A DNA stretch of 64,000 nt from Sedimentisphaeraceae bacterium JB056 (lineage in GTDB: Bacteria; Planctomycetota; Phycisphaerae; Sedimentisphaerales; Sedimentisphaeraceae): assembly GCA_044440125.1 (NCBI GenBank), contig JBITAJ010000029.1:320001-384000 (forward strand). Direction: 5' to 3'. Of this stretch, positions 28,310-39,090 are shown one piece after another. The notes under the pieces are model-generated. The model was not told the origin of the DNA and ran no database searches. It saw only the letters and a program-made list of their open reading frames with translations. Made by a program: the position numbers and the translations under genes. The first letter of the stretch is position 1. Every line of letters begins with the position of its first letter.

Positions 28310-29830
28310 ATGCCAAATAAAAGCGATATATTTAAGACTATATTTGATGTTTCAGAGATCTTGCGAGATTCTTTTGGTCATCAGCAGATGATTCAGGATG
28401 TGCTTAATAAGCTAACAGAAGACTTTGGTTTGAGGCGTGCAACTATCATGCTTCTTGATGAGGATGCAGAGAAACTTCTTGTTGAGGCTAATACGGATGA
28501 ACTCAATCAGGACACTTCATATAAGCGAGGTGAAGGTATCATCGGTACGGTTCTTCAAAGCGGAAGACCTGCGGTTATCCCTTGTATTGCTGATGAGCCT
28601 AAATTTTCCGGCAGGCTTTACGGCAAAAGGCCGGATGCCGAGCTTGATTTGAGCTTTATTTGTGTTCCTATACAGATCAGTCGTGAAACAATCGGTACTT
28701 TTTCTGCTGAGGTCAAGTGTGGCAGTCTTGCCGATTTAACTGACATTCAGAGACTTTTTGCCATAGTAGCAAGTATGATTGCCAATGATGTTAAGAATAG
28801 GCGAATGGCAAGAATCGAAAGACGCGCGCTGACAGAAGAGAATATAAGGCTTCGCTCTGAACTTGATAAGAATTTCAAACCCGGTAATATGCTTGGCAAC
28901 TCAAATGCTATGCGTGATGTCTATCAGAAGATAACTCAGGCAGCTCCGAGCAATACCACTATATTGATAAGAGGAGAGTCGGGAACGGGTAAGGAATTAG
29001 TCGCCTCGGCTATTCATTATAACAGTACTCGTTCCGGTAAGCCTTTTGTGAAGATAAATTGTGCTGCTTTGAATGAAAATCTTCTCGAAAGTGAGTTGTT
29101 TGGACATGAGAAGGGTGCTTTCACTGGGGCTACCAATAAACGAATAGGTAAATTTGAAGAGGCCGACGGCGGAACGATTTTTCTTGATGAAATGGGAGAG
29201 TTTTCCCATAATGTTCAGGTTAAGCTTCTTCGCGTTCTTCAGGAACGGGAAATAGAGAGAGTTGGAAGTAATAAGACGCTGAAGGTTGATGTTAGAATTA
29301 TTGCTGCTACAAACCGTGATCTTGAACAATCGGTTGAGCGCGGTGATTTCAGACAGGATCTGTATTATCGTATAAATGTATTCCCCGTTTATCTACCTCC
29401 TTTGAGAGAGAGACGCGATGATATATTGCTTCTTGCCGATCATTTTTCCGAAGCTTGCGCCGAGAAGATGGGTAAAAGTATCCGGCGTATTACTACAAAT
29501 GCTATAAATATGCTTCTTGCTTATCATTGGCCTGGTAATATCCGTGAGCTTGAGAATGCTATAGAGCATGCCGTGATCTTGAGCGATGATGGAATTATTC
29601 ACGGCTATCATCTTCCGCCTTCACTTCAGGTTCCTTTGACAGGAGTCCAGAAACCTATAGGTACATTAAAGATGAGAGTGAAGATGCTTGAAAAGGATGT
29701 TATAATTGACTCATTAAAAAGGAACAATGGGAAGGTTAATCAATCCTCCAAGGAGCTTGGCATCTCATCTCGAATGTTGAGATATAAGATAGATGATCTC
29801 GATATTGACTATAAGAAGTTTTTTCCGTAA
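28310..29830 (+). CDS. nifA: NifA-type sigma54 activator (GAF-AAA+-HTH)
   Basis: GAF (GEGIIG..SFICVPI), [33 protein letters not shown]; adjacent to nifH. Confidence 0.85.
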   Translation: MPNKSDIFKTIFDVSEILRDSFGHQQMIQDVLNKLTEDFGLRRATIMLLDEDAEKLLVEANTDELNQDTSYKRGEGIIGTVLQSGRPAVIPCIADEPKFSGRLYGKRPDAELDLSFICVPIQISRETIGTFSAEVKCGSLADLTDIQRLFAIVASMIANDVKNRRMARIERRALTEENIRLRSELDKNFKPGNMLGNSNAMRDVYQKITQAAPSNTTILIRGESGTGKELVASAIHYNSTRSGKPFVKINCAALNENLLESELFGHEKGAFTGATNKRIGKFEEADGGTIFLDEMGEFSHNVQVKLLRVLQEREIERVGSNKTLKVDVRIIAATNRDLEQSVERGDFRQDLYYRINVFPVYLPPLRERRDDILLLADHFSEACAEKMGKSIRRITTNAINMLLAYHWPGNIRELENAIEHAVILSDDGIIHGYHLPPSLQVPLTGVQKPIGTLKMRVKMLEKDVIIDSLKRNNGKVNQSSKELGISSRMLRYKIDDLDIDYKKFFP

Positions 29831-29850
29831 TACTTTCGAACCTGAGATTC

Positions 29851-29891
29851 AAGAGGTGTAGTGAAATTATTTTCATTACACCTCTTTTTTT
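29851..29891 (+). terminator. Terminator after nifA; the stem contains a GTGAAA-N4-TTTCAT box
   Basis: AAGAGGTGTAGTGAAA-TTAT-TTTCATTACACCTCTT plus T run. Confidence 0.75.
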
Positions 29892-30051
29892 GTGAAAATA
29901 ATTTCACTAATGCCGTAAGTTTCGTTGAAAAACGTCTTTATGATATAAATTTTGCGGCATTGAAATCTGATGAGATTTATGGTTGAAATAAGTTAGGCTA
30001 AATAGTGAAATAAATTTCAATTTAGTGTTTTTGAAAAGAATAAAATTTCAC
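29861..30051. promoter_or_regulatory. Array of GTGAAA-N4-TTTCAC palindromes, putative activator sites for nifH
   Basis: Copies at 29861, 29892 (perfect), 30005 and 30036 (half match); two pairs, each 31 bp apart. Confidence 0.6.
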
Positions 30052-30176
30052 GCTCCAAATCACTCTTTTAAGAATATTATTTTAAATATTCTTATTTCTT
30101 TAAGATCTTCATTTACAGCACTTTATGCTTTGGTTTTTTGCGGTCTATCTTTTTTTTAGACGACGAAAAATTGTTT

Positions 30177-30192
30177 TGGCACGTTCATTGCA
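30177..30192 (+). promoter_or_regulatory. Sigma54 -24/-12 promoter of the nifH operon
   Basis: TGGCACGTTCATTGCA, consensus match. Confidence 0.9.
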
Positions 30193-30237
30193 AATATAAA
30201 AGTGTAAAGTTGAAACGCATATTAATAATTTGAGTAA

Positions 30238-31083
<846 letters not shown>

Positions 31084-31142
31084 TTTAGGCGTTAAGAAAT
31101 TCGAATTAAACAACAACTCACCTTATTGAAAGGATATTTAAG

Positions 31143-31475
31143 ATGATGACAATGGTTAGAGCAATCATACGCCCTGAAAAAGTTGATGAAGTATTAGCAG
31201 CCCTTATGTATGCCGGCTTCCCGGCTGTAACGAAGATGGACGTTTACGGAAGAGGTAAACAGCGAGGTATGAAGGTCGGAGATATAACGTATGACGAACT
31301 TCCTAAGGAAATGATCCTCTTGGTTGTTAAAGAAAGCGATAAAGATTTTGTGCTCAAGACGATTCTCAAATCAGCTAAGACTGGTTCGAAAGGGGCATAT
31401 GGTGACGGTAAGATATTTGTGAGCACTGTTGAAGAGGTGTACACCGTCAGTAGCGGACTAAAAGAAACTGAATAA
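31143..31475 (+). CDS. nifI1: P-II family nitrogenase regulator NifI1
   Basis: AIIRPEK, GRGKQRG, YDELPKE, GAYGDGKIFV; located between nifH and nifD. Confidence 0.9.
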   Translation: MMTMVRAIIRPEKVDEVLAALMYAGFPAVTKMDVYGRGKQRGMKVGDITYDELPKEMILLVVKESDKDFVLKTILKSAKTGSKGAYGDGKIFVSTVEEVYTVSSGLKETE

Positions 31476-31488
31476 AGTGGGGTGAAAA

Positions 31489-31875
31489 ATGAAAGAAGTA
31501 CTTGCTTTTATCAGAATGAATAAAATGAATGTTACCAAGAGAGCACTTGCCGATGCGGGAATTTACTCTCTGACCGCGAGAAAAGTAATGGGTCGCGGTA
31601 AAGGTATGATTGATTATAAACTTCTTCAGGGTGCTGAAGATGGTATTGAAGAAGCCATTAATCAATTAGGTCCTGGTCCTAAGATGATTCCTAAGCGAAT
31701 GTTGACGATTGTATTGCCGGATGAAAAAGTTGAGCTTGCTGTCAAGACAATTATCTCTGTGAATAAAACAGGTTCGCCTGGTGATGGTAAAATATTCGTT
31801 ACTCCCGTAACAGAGAGTATCAGGGTTCGAACAGGTCAGGAAGGCAATGAAGCATTGAGTGAAATGGATGATTAA
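31489..31875 (+). CDS. nifI2: P-II family nitrogenase regulator NifI2
   Basis: MKEVLAFIRMNKMNVTKRAL, GRGKG, PKRMLTIV, GDGKIFV. Confidence 0.9.
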   Translation: MKEVLAFIRMNKMNVTKRALADAGIYSLTARKVMGRGKGMIDYKLLQGAEDGIEEAINQLGPGPKMIPKRMLTIVLPDEKVELAVKTIISVNKTGSPGDGKIFVTPVTESIRVRTGQEGNEALSEMDD

Positions 31876-32025
31876 ACGGTAAGAGTTTATGCCGACTTTT
31901 GTTGTAGTCTGTTTGCGGTTTGTTTGAAACACAGAGCAGAGAGGTGTTGAACGTTGGCTGGATATCATGCTTAAACACTCGTTCTTAATGCAGAGCTTAA
32001 AGAAATAATAATGAAAGGTCTTAAT

Positions 32026-33654
32026 ATGGCTAAGATAACAGATCCAAATGTATTCAAGGAAAAGATCCTTGAAAAGTATCCCTCGAAGGTAGCCAAAAAA
32101 AGAGTTGACCAGATAGTCGTCAATAAAGTGGATGAGAGCGGAAACGTTCCTGAGGTGAAGGCTAACGTAAGAACAACACCGGGTATAATAACGCAGCGAG
32201 GTTGTACATATGCAGGCTGTAAAGGTGTGGTTCTTGGTCCTACAAGGGATATCATTAATATAACTCATGGTCCGATAGGTTGTGGTTTCTACTCCTGGCT
32301 TACAAGGCGTAATCAGACAAGGCCAACATCCGACAGTGATGATAATTTTATGACTTATTGTTTTTCCACTGATATGCAGGATGAGCAGATCATCTTCGGT
32401 GGAGAGAAAAAACTCAAAGCGGCGATTCAAGAAGCATATGATATGTTCAAGCCCAAAGCAATAGGTATATTCTCAACCTGTCCGGTAGGTCTGATTGGTG
32501 ATGATGTTCACAGCGTATCAAAAGAGATGAAAGAAAAACTGGGTATCAATATATTCGGTTTCAGTTGTGAAGGTTACCGTGGTGTAAGCCAGTCGGCCGG
32601 TCACCATATCGCCAACAACCAGCTTTTCAAGCATGTAATTGGAAATGATGATACACCAGATGAAGGTAAATATCGTATCAATCTGCTTGGTGAATACAAT
32701 ATCGGTGGTGATGCGTTCGTACTTGAAAAAATGTTTGAAGACTGCGGCATAACGCTTACTTCAACATTCAGTGGTAACAGTACGATAGGTGGTTTTGAAA
32801 AGGCCCACACGGCTGATCTTAACTGCGTAATGTGTCACAGGTCAATCAACTATGTTGCGGATATGATCGAGAAGAAGTTTGGTGTGCCGTGGATAAAGGT
32901 TAACTTCATCGGTGCCGACAGTACAGCCAAGTCTCTTCGCAAGATCGCAGAATACTTCGAAGATCCAGAGCTTATGGAAAGAGTTGAAGCTGTGATTGCA
33001 AAAGAGCTTGAAACTGTTAGTGAAGTTCGAGAAGAAGTTAAGCAGCGAGTTTCTGGAAAGACAGCGATGCTCTTCGTAGGTGGTAGTCGTGCTCACCATT
33101 ATCAGGATCTCTTTAATGAGATGGGTATGGAAGTAGTTGCTGCGGGTTATGAGTTTGCACACAGAGATGACTATGAAGGCCGTAAAGTACTGCCTAAGAT
33201 CAAGATTGATGCTGACAGTCGTAATATTGAAGAGCTTACGGTCGAGGCCGATCCTGAAAGATATAAGCCGCGTAAGAAAACTGAAGAGATTGAAGAGCTT
33301 ATATCAAAAGGTATGCCTGTCAAGGATTATGAAGGTATGATGATCCAAATGAAGGATGATACACTCATTATTGACGACATCACTCAGTATGAAACCGAAA
33401 TGCTTATCGATATCTATAAGCCTGATATCCTTTGTGCAGGTATTAAAGAAAAGTACAGTATTCAGAAATCCGGTACTCCTTGTCTGCAGCTTCATAGTTA
33501 TGACTATGGCGGACCTTTTGCCGGATTTCAGGGTGCTATCAATTTCTATAAGACAGTTGACAGGATGGTTGGTGCAGAGTTCTGGAAGCATATCCAGGCC
33601 CCATGGGCCAAGGTAGGCAAGCCGGTTCTGGAAGCATCATTCAACGCCGAATAA
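32026..33654 (+). CDS. nifD: Nitrogenase MoFe protein alpha chain, group II type
   Basis: P-cluster Cys in RGCTYAG, GPIGC and STCP; FeMo-co ligands in MCHRS and LHSYDY; long insertion after HRDDYEGR; start 32026 (or 32011). Confidence 0.97.
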   Translation: MAKITDPNVFKEKILEKYPSKVAKKRVDQIVVNKVDESGNVPEVKANVRTTPGIITQRGCTYAGCKGVVLGPTRDIINITHGPIGCGFYSWLTRRNQTRPTSDSDDNFMTYCFSTDMQDEQIIFGGEKKLKAAIQEAYDMFKPKAIGIFSTCPVGLIGDDVHSVSKEMKEKLGINIFGFSCEGYRGVSQSAGHHIANNQLFKHVIGNDDTPDEGKYRINLLGEYNIGGDAFVLEKMFEDCGITLTSTFSGNSTIGGFEKAHTADLNCVMCHRSINYVADMIEKKFGVPWIKVNFIGADSTAKSLRKIAEYFEDPELMERVEAVIAKELETVSEVREEVKQRVSGKTAMLFVGGSRAHHYQDLFNEMGMEVVAAGYEFAHRDDYEGRKVLPKIKIDADSRNIEELTVEADPERYKPRKKTEEIEELISKGMPVKDYEGMMIQMKDDTLIIDDITQYETEMLIDIYKPDILCAGIKEKYSIQKSGTPCLQLHSYDYGGPFAGFQGAINFYKTVDRMVGAEFWKHIQAPWAKVGKPVLEASFNAE

Positions 33655-33676
33655 TTGAGAAAAACGGAGACTAAAT

Positions 33677-35059
33677 ATGCTATTGAGACATACAACCGAA
33701 AAAGTTGCCGAGAGGTCATCTCTGACCGTAAACCCGGCTAAAACATGCCAGCCTGTAGGTGCTTTGTATGCGGCACTTGGTGTTCACAGCTGTATGCCGC
33801 ACAGTCACGGCTCACAAGGTTGCTGTGCATACCATAGAAGTGCACTTACCCGTCACTATAAAGAACCGGTAGTTGGTACAACCAGTTCGTTTACTGAAGG
33901 TGCCAGTGTGTTTGGCGGTCAGGCCAACCTCATGCAGGCTATTAATAATATCTTCACTGTATATGATCCAGAAGTGATTGCGGTTCACACAACATGTCTT
34001 TCTGAGACAATTGGTGATGATGTTAACCAGATCCGGGAACGTGCAAGAGACAAGGGTCTGATTCCTGAAGGCAAGCATGTGATATATGCAAGTACGCCAA
34101 GTTACGTAGGTTCACATGTGACAGGTTATGCGAATATGGTTAAGTCGCTTGTAACCTCTTTTGCTGAGCCTGCTGAAGATAAACTTCGCACGGTCAATAT
34201 TATACCGGGATGGATCGAGCCTTCAGATATGCGTGAAATCAAACGCATCTGCAGCGAACTTGGTACTGAGATTATAATGTATCCTGATACTTCAGGTGTG
34301 CTTGATACACCTCAGACAGGCCATTATGAGATGTTCCCCAAAGGCGGGGCCACTGTTGAGCAGATGGCAGCCTCAGGTGCCAGTCAGGCAACAATAGCTT
34401 TGGGTAAATATGCAGCCGCGCCTGCAGCTAAAGCTCTTGATACACAGTGTAAAGTTCCTTGTGATATATTGGATCTTCCTATAGGTCTTACTGCTACGGA
34501 TAACTTTATAAATACATTGAGAAAGGTTGCCAAGGTTGAAGTACCGGAATCTATCAATGATGAACGAGGACGTTTGCTTGATTTCATGGGTGATACCCAG
34601 CAGTACTTCCAGGGCAAGAGAGTTGCTCTTTGGGGTGATCCTGATCAGCTTGTTTCTCTTACTGAGTTTCTTGTAGATTTGGGTATGCGTCCGGTCTATA
34701 TCGTAACGGGTACTCCGGGCAAGAAGTTCCTTACTCGTATTGAGAAAGCACTTAGAGGCCAGGTTCCAGAGGCGAAAGTCAAGCAGGGTGCTTGTGCTGA
34801 TATGCACTTAATGCACCAGTGGATCAAACAGGAATCTGTTGACCTGCTTATAGGTAATACTTATGGTAAGTACATTTCTCGTGATGAGGATATACCGCTG
34901 CTAAGACATGGCTTCCCTATCTATGATCGCGTTGGACACAGTTACTTCCCGACAGTCGGATATGCTGGAGCGATGCGTCTTGTCGAGAAGATGCTTGAAT
35001 TATTCCTCGATCGTAAGGATCGTGATTGTCCTGAAGAGAGTTTCGAACTTGTATTATAA
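33677..35059 (+). CDS. nifK: Nitrogenase MoFe protein beta chain
   Basis: NPAKTCQP, HGSQGCC, TTCLSETIGDD, TPSYVGSH. Confidence 0.97.
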   Translation: MLLRHTTEKVAERSSLTVNPAKTCQPVGALYAALGVHSCMPHSHGSQGCCAYHRSALTRHYKEPVVGTTSSFTEGASVFGGQANLMQAINNIFTVYDPEVIAVHTTCLSETIGDDVNQIRERARDKGLIPEGKHVIYASTPSYVGSHVTGYANMVKSLVTSFAEPAEDKLRTVNIIPGWIEPSDMREIKRICSELGTEIIMYPDTSGVLDTPQTGHYEMFPKGGATVEQMAASGASQATIALGKYAAAPAAKALDTQCKVPCDILDLPIGLTATDNFINTLRKVAKVEVPESINDERGRLLDFMGDTQQYFQGKRVALWGDPDQLVSLTEFLVDLGMRPVYIVTGTPGKKFLTRIEKALRGQVPEAKVKQGACADMHLMHQWIKQESVDLLIGNTYGKYISRDEDIPLLRHGFPIYDRVGHSYFPTVGYAGAMRLVEKMLELFLDRKDRDCPEESFELVL

Positions 35060-35115
35060 TCGAAGGACATTTGTATGCGGCGTAGCCTTTTTTGATCGGG
35101 TATGATTTTAATACC

Positions 35116-35154
35116 GGCGGTGGATGGTTCCAGTCAGATCGGCCATCCACTGCT
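35116..35154 (+). other. Intergenic stem-loop after nifK (stability or partial termination element)
   Basis: GGCGGTGGATGGTT...GGCCATCCACTGCT. Confidence 0.55.
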
Positions 35155-35173
35155 TTATAGAATGGAGAATTTT

Positions 35174-36346
35174 ATGTGTGTTTCAAATAATTGCGCCTGT
35201 GGCGATGACTGTAGCCTATTATATTTGCCTATTTCGTCTGTATGTAATATACAATGTGTTTTTTGTGATAGAGAGGGCTATTGCAGATCTTTAAGTTCCA
35301 GTAAGACAGAAATTCCTGCCTTGTCAGCACAGCAGGCTTTGTACTATCTGGAGAAGAAACTTGAAGTCAAACCTGATCTCAAGGCTGTGAATTTATCCGG
35401 CCCAGGTGAGGTGCTTCTTGAGATTGATAAAATCCAGCAAATAGTCAGCACTATAAAGAGAAAGCATCCTGATATTTCAGTTTGTGTTCAGACCAACGGC
35501 ATCCTGATGGAGGAATGTGCAGATGTACTCTCTGATCTTGGAGTCGATAAAATTATCATGAACATCAATGCACTGAACAAAGATATCGCGACAAAGATGT
35601 ATTCATGGGTCAGGATTGGGAAGAATATATACAGGGGAAAAGATGCGGCAGAGCTTATCATAAAGTATCAGACAAAAGCGATGAGAGTATGTCGTGAGAA
35701 AGGTTTTGATACCAGAGTTCATTCCTTGTATATTCCATGTATTAATGATTTGAATATTGTAGAAATTGCGAGAAAAACAGCTGAAATGAATTTGCAGAGT
35801 TTCAGTTGCAGCGAAATTGACGGAAAGAAACAAGACAGCCAGCAGCTTCAGGTAATAAAGAAACAATGCTCGAAATTGATATCACTGAAATGCGTTGGCA
35901 ATGGTGTTGATGTAGAATCTGAGATTGATGTTAATTTGCTTCTGTCGATTGCATCAGGACCTCTTGATCCTATTCAGAAACGACCTTATTATGCAGTCGG
36001 TACGCTTGATGGGTTGAATGTTAATCGCCATTTGGGGCAAGCTAAAGAATTTAATGTGTATAGATATAAATCGGATTGCTGCGAGCTTGTTGATGTAAGA
36101 AAGGCTCCACCTTCAGGGGGCGGTGAAAAACGTTGGGCAAAACTTGCTGATATACTTTCCGATTGCTCTGCTATTTTTGTTACAGATGCCGGAGCCAGTC
36201 CGACCAAAGAACTTACCCGGCACGGTATCAAAGTTATCAGGACTGAAGAGAATGTCTACAAGGCAATATCTACTTTATACAGTGATGTTAAAATCAAAAA
36301 GAAAACTTGTACTCCGTTAGATTGCAGTACATGCAGCGGATGCTAA
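35174..36346 (+). CDS. Divergent NifB-like radical SAM protein with C-terminal NifX-like domain
   Basis: CNIQCVFC, SGPGE, TNG, NifX-like VNRHLGQAKEF..RKAPPSGGG; lacks HPC, ExRP and CxxCRxDA motifs; RBS GGAG before ATG 35174. Confidence 0.75.
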   Translation: MCVSNNCACGDDCSLLYLPISSVCNIQCVFCDREGYCRSLSSSKTEIPALSAQQALYYLEKKLEVKPDLKAVNLSGPGEVLLEIDKIQQIVSTIKRKHPDISVCVQTNGILMEECADVLSDLGVDKIIMNINALNKDIATKMYSWVRIGKNIYRGKDAAELIIKYQTKAMRVCREKGFDTRVHSLYIPCINDLNIVEIARKTAEMNLQSFSCSEIDGKKQDSQQLQVIKKQCSKLISLKCVGNGVDVESEIDVNLLLSIASGPLDPIQKRPYYAVGTLDGLNVNRHLGQAKEFNVYRYKSDCCELVDVRKAPPSGGGEKRWAKLADILSDCSAIFVTDAGASPTKELTRHGIKVIRTEENVYKAISTLYSDVKIKKKTCTPLDCSTCSGC

Positions 36347-36393
36347 CGGCGTGAATTAATAAAATAATCAAAGTAGTTTAAAGGAGAACTAAA

Positions 36394-36699
36394 ATGCCAA
36401 AACCAGAATGCCATATTCTTATCTGTAACAGTTACAGACTAAATGGCCAACCCCAAGGCGTATGTAATAAGAAAGATGCTATTGAACTCTTACAGATGAC
36501 TGAAGAAGGAGTTCTTGAAAGAGATATCAGTGCTCTTGTTACGAGTACAGGTTGTCTTAAAGCATGCGAAGAAGGACCTGTTATGGTTATATATCCTCAG
36601 GGATGGTGGTATGCCAAAGTCGATGAGGACAGGCTCGAAGAAATTCTTGATGCCTTGGAAGAAGGCGAACCTGTTGAAGATTACCTGCTCTATAGTTAA
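36394..36699 (+). CDS. Thioredoxin-like [2Fe-2S] ferredoxin, nif-associated
   Basis: MPKPECHILIC..GVC..TGCLKACEEGPVMVIYP.GWWY. Confidence 0.88.
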   Translation: MPKPECHILICNSYRLNGQPQGVCNKKDAIELLQMTEEGVLERDISALVTSTGCLKACEEGPVMVIYPQGWWYAKVDEDRLEEILDALEEGEPVEDYLLYS

Positions 36700-36723
36700 C
36701 GATAAACACATATACTCTCCAAT

Positions 36724-36764
36724 TTTGAAGCCGCGGAATCTAATTCTGCGGCTTCAAATATTTT
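36724..36764 (+). terminator. Terminator of the nif operon
   Basis: TTTGAAGCCGCGGAA-loop-TTCTGCGGCTTCAAA. Confidence 0.7.
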
Positions 36765-36860
36765 AAAGCACACCGTATTGTTGTTCACTCTCATCTCCGT
36801 TTCACTGTATTTATCTCTGGCTTAAACCGCATCTTACGTTTTTGTAGCACCTTGAAATTG

Positions 36861-36965
36861 GTGAAAAATTTTTCATTTTGCATAAGTGTTTATTTACTAT
36901 GTTTTTATGTTTAATATTTTTTGTGATGTGTTTGTAGTCATAAAATATTGTGAAATTTATTTCTG
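36861..36965. promoter_or_regulatory. Two more GTGAAA-N4-TTTCA-type boxes
   Basis: GTGAAAAATTTTTCAT (36861) and GTGAAATTTATTTCTG (36950). Confidence 0.5.
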
Positions 36966-37146
36966 TTTAAGTCGGATTCTCTCAGCTTACATGCCAATAA
37001 TGTAGACTCTGAAAACAGTTTGGTCATCACTTATTTAAATCTTTTTTGTTCGTTTTCTTTCATATCGTTTAGAATAAGCTTTAAGAGCAAGCGGAAAAAA
37101 CATTATAATTCTCAATCGTAAATTATTGAAGAGTTTATTTCTGTTT

Positions 37147-37162
37147 TGGCACGGCTGTTGCA
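37147..37162 (+). promoter_or_regulatory. Sigma54 -24/-12 promoter of the prepilin/secreted protein/MFS operon
   Basis: TGGCACGGCTGTTGCA, consensus match, ending 53 nt before ATG 37216. Confidence 0.85.
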
Positions 37163-37215
37163 GTAAGTATATCTGTATTAATAAAATTATGTTTGTTATT
37201 TGGTTTTGCAGAAAT

Positions 37216-38172
37216 ATGAAGAAACATTCTTACAATGGATATACTTTAATAGAACTATTAGTTGTGATATCTGTAATATCTATGCTCCTTGCTCTTGTTG
37301 TTCCGGCATTGAATAGAGTAAGGATTCAGGCTAAGTCAGTTGTTTGCAGGAGCAACCTCAGAAATGTTGGTGTGGCGATTCTTTCTTACAGCAGTTCTAA
37401 CGATAACTTGCTTCCTGTTTCGTATAGATATTTCAATAGCTCTGAAGGAGTTGGAATAAGGCATTGGTCATCATTGATTATGCCGCATGAATTTGAGAGT
37501 TCAAAAGTTTTCAGTTGCCCGGCTGTCAAAAATGGCGGGCTGCCTCCGGCGAATACTTATGAAGACAACCTTGAGGCAGGTCAAACTGTCATGACTGAGG
37601 GAGTGATCGATATGCAGGCAAGGCGATGTGCGTATGTGCTTAATGAATCGCTTTGCCCTCGCAACAGATTTGAAGTAGGGTTTGAGGGAGCGGTCAGGCC
37701 AAGCAGGCAGGTCAAAGCTCAGGTGGTTTCTGATCCGGCAAACACTATACTTGCAACTGAATATAATAAAGACTGGAAGATGCTTGCTGATTATAATGGT
37801 GGGTATTGTAGATCATTTTTACCTGTGCATGGTTTTGTTTGTATAGGGTCTAAGAGTGATGACCAATATGACCTCAATATGGTGAGCGGCGGTTCAACAC
37901 TTCCTTGTTTCAAGAGTGGCCCCTTCTCAAGAATTACAGATCGCGATCTTATGGACAATCCTAAATCTGGACGAAAAAATCCCGCACGCCTGAATTTTGT
38001 CGGCCGCAATCATGGTCCTTCGTACGATGGTAATGGTGTTAATGAATCAGCGAGCAGCTTTCTGTATCTTGATGGGCGTGTTGAGAGTACGAGCATTTAT
38101 GATACGCTCGAAGATTTTCAGTGGGGCAAGAAGATTTACAGCCTTAAAGGTGATGCGAGAGTTAAGAAATAA
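37216..38172 (+). CDS. Prepilin-type N-terminal cleavage/methylation protein (DUF1559-like, H-X9-DG-type C-terminus)
   Basis: G-YTLIELLVVISVISMLLALVVPAL, CRSNLRNVG, FSCP, RNHG...FLYLDGRV. Confidence 0.88.
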   Translation: MKKHSYNGYTLIELLVVISVISMLLALVVPALNRVRIQAKSVVCRSNLRNVGVAILSYSSSNDNLLPVSYRYFNSSEGVGIRHWSSLIMPHEFESSKVFSCPAVKNGGLPPANTYEDNLEAGQTVMTEGVIDMQARRCAYVLNESLCPRNRFEVGFEGAVRPSRQVKAQVVSDPANTILATEYNKDWKMLADYNGGYCRSFLPVHGFVCIGSKSDDQYDLNMVSGGSTLPCFKSGPFSRITDRDLMDNPKSGRKNPARLNFVGRNHGPSYDGNGVNESASSFLYLDGRVESTSIYDTLEDFQWGKKIYSLKGDARVKK

Positions 38173-38205
38173 TATCTGTGTAATTTGTAATTTGGAGTAA
38201 TAGAA

Positions 38206-39072
38206 ATGAGAATTTTGAGTGTACTAATTGCGATATTGATAGTGATGACAACATTTGTTTCTGCGGAGGTATTGACATTGCGTCCGGTGGCAGATACTTT
38301 TGTGCTTGAGCCGGGAGTTGCTCTTGATGATACAATATTTGCTGATGCGAATGATATGAATTTTGGCGGGTCTGGTTCGCAGTCGGTTGCATCTGCAACA
38401 AGCAGGGCTTACAGTCCTGATGAGTCTATTGATGATGATCCTAAAGGTGAATTTGTTACACTTATACAATTTGATACCAAGCTGCTTGAAGATACTAAAG
38501 TATTAGGTATGACTTTGCAGCTCAATATTATAAACGGTAACGAAAAAGCATTCGGCATGTTTAACGTCAGAGGTTCGGCTGGCATGTTTGATGTTTATAT
38601 TGTGAGTAACGACTGGAAGCAGGGCAACGGTGGGCCAGAAAGTGATGACACAACGGGAGTCGGTGTTACGTATAATTCTCTTGCGGAGTTGAATACTGAG
38701 ACATCGCCGGTATTTCTTGAGAGCTTCTATTACGATGCCGCATATCACCATGATATTGGAGCTGTATGGTATGATTTTGATTTTACTGTTTCAGAAACTC
38801 TTTTCGAGCAGTTTGTTGATCTCTCAGAAGATGGTGATGTTGTGACATTAATGCTTATCGCATCAGAGGACAGTGATGTGTCTTTCAACTATATGGGATA
38901 TATACAGAATGTTGACGGTTCCGATCCTGTTTACAGATATACCGGTCCAAAGCTTGTCGTTGATTATTGTTCACTTCCAATAGGTGATATCAATAAAGAC
39001 TGTTCGGTTAATATAAGCGATTTGTCATTGCTCGCCGCCAACTGGCTTGCCGATACAACAGTCGTAGAATAA
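38206..39072 (+). CDS. Acidic secreted protein, DNRLRE/CBM96-like beta domain plus dockerin-like tail
   Basis: Signal peptide; PVADTFV..NFGGS..LIQFD..PKLVV; tail GDINKDCSVNISDLSLLAANWL. Confidence 0.65.
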   Translation: MRILSVLIAILIVMTTFVSAEVLTLRPVADTFVLEPGVALDDTIFADANDMNFGGSGSQSVASATSRAYSPDESIDDDPKGEFVTLIQFDTKLLEDTKVLGMTLQLNIINGNEKAFGMFNVRGSAGMFDVYIVSNDWKQGNGGPESDDTTGVGVTYNSLAELNTETSPVFLESFYYDAAYHHDIGAVWYDFDFTVSETLFEQFVDLSEDGDVVTLMLIASEDSDVSFNYMGYIQNVDGSDPVYRYTGPKLVVDYCSLPIGDINKDCSVNISDLSLLAANWLADTTVVE

Positions 39073-39090
39073 TTCAAAAAACTGAAATAT

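Noticed and set aside
31666..32430. Long antisense ORFs such as 254 aa over nifI2/nifD and 223 aa over hydF
   Set aside because: They lie opposite well-conserved genes and have no motifs; typical codon-bias shadows
32026..35059. Alternative (V or Fe-only) nitrogenase, or group IV Nif-like reductase
   Set aside because: No vnfG/anfG between D and K; NifD has the HSYDY ligand motif and the group II insertion
37126..37215. TTG-started extension of the prepilin ORF
   Set aside because: It contains the sigma54 promoter; the prepilin leader fits ATG 37216
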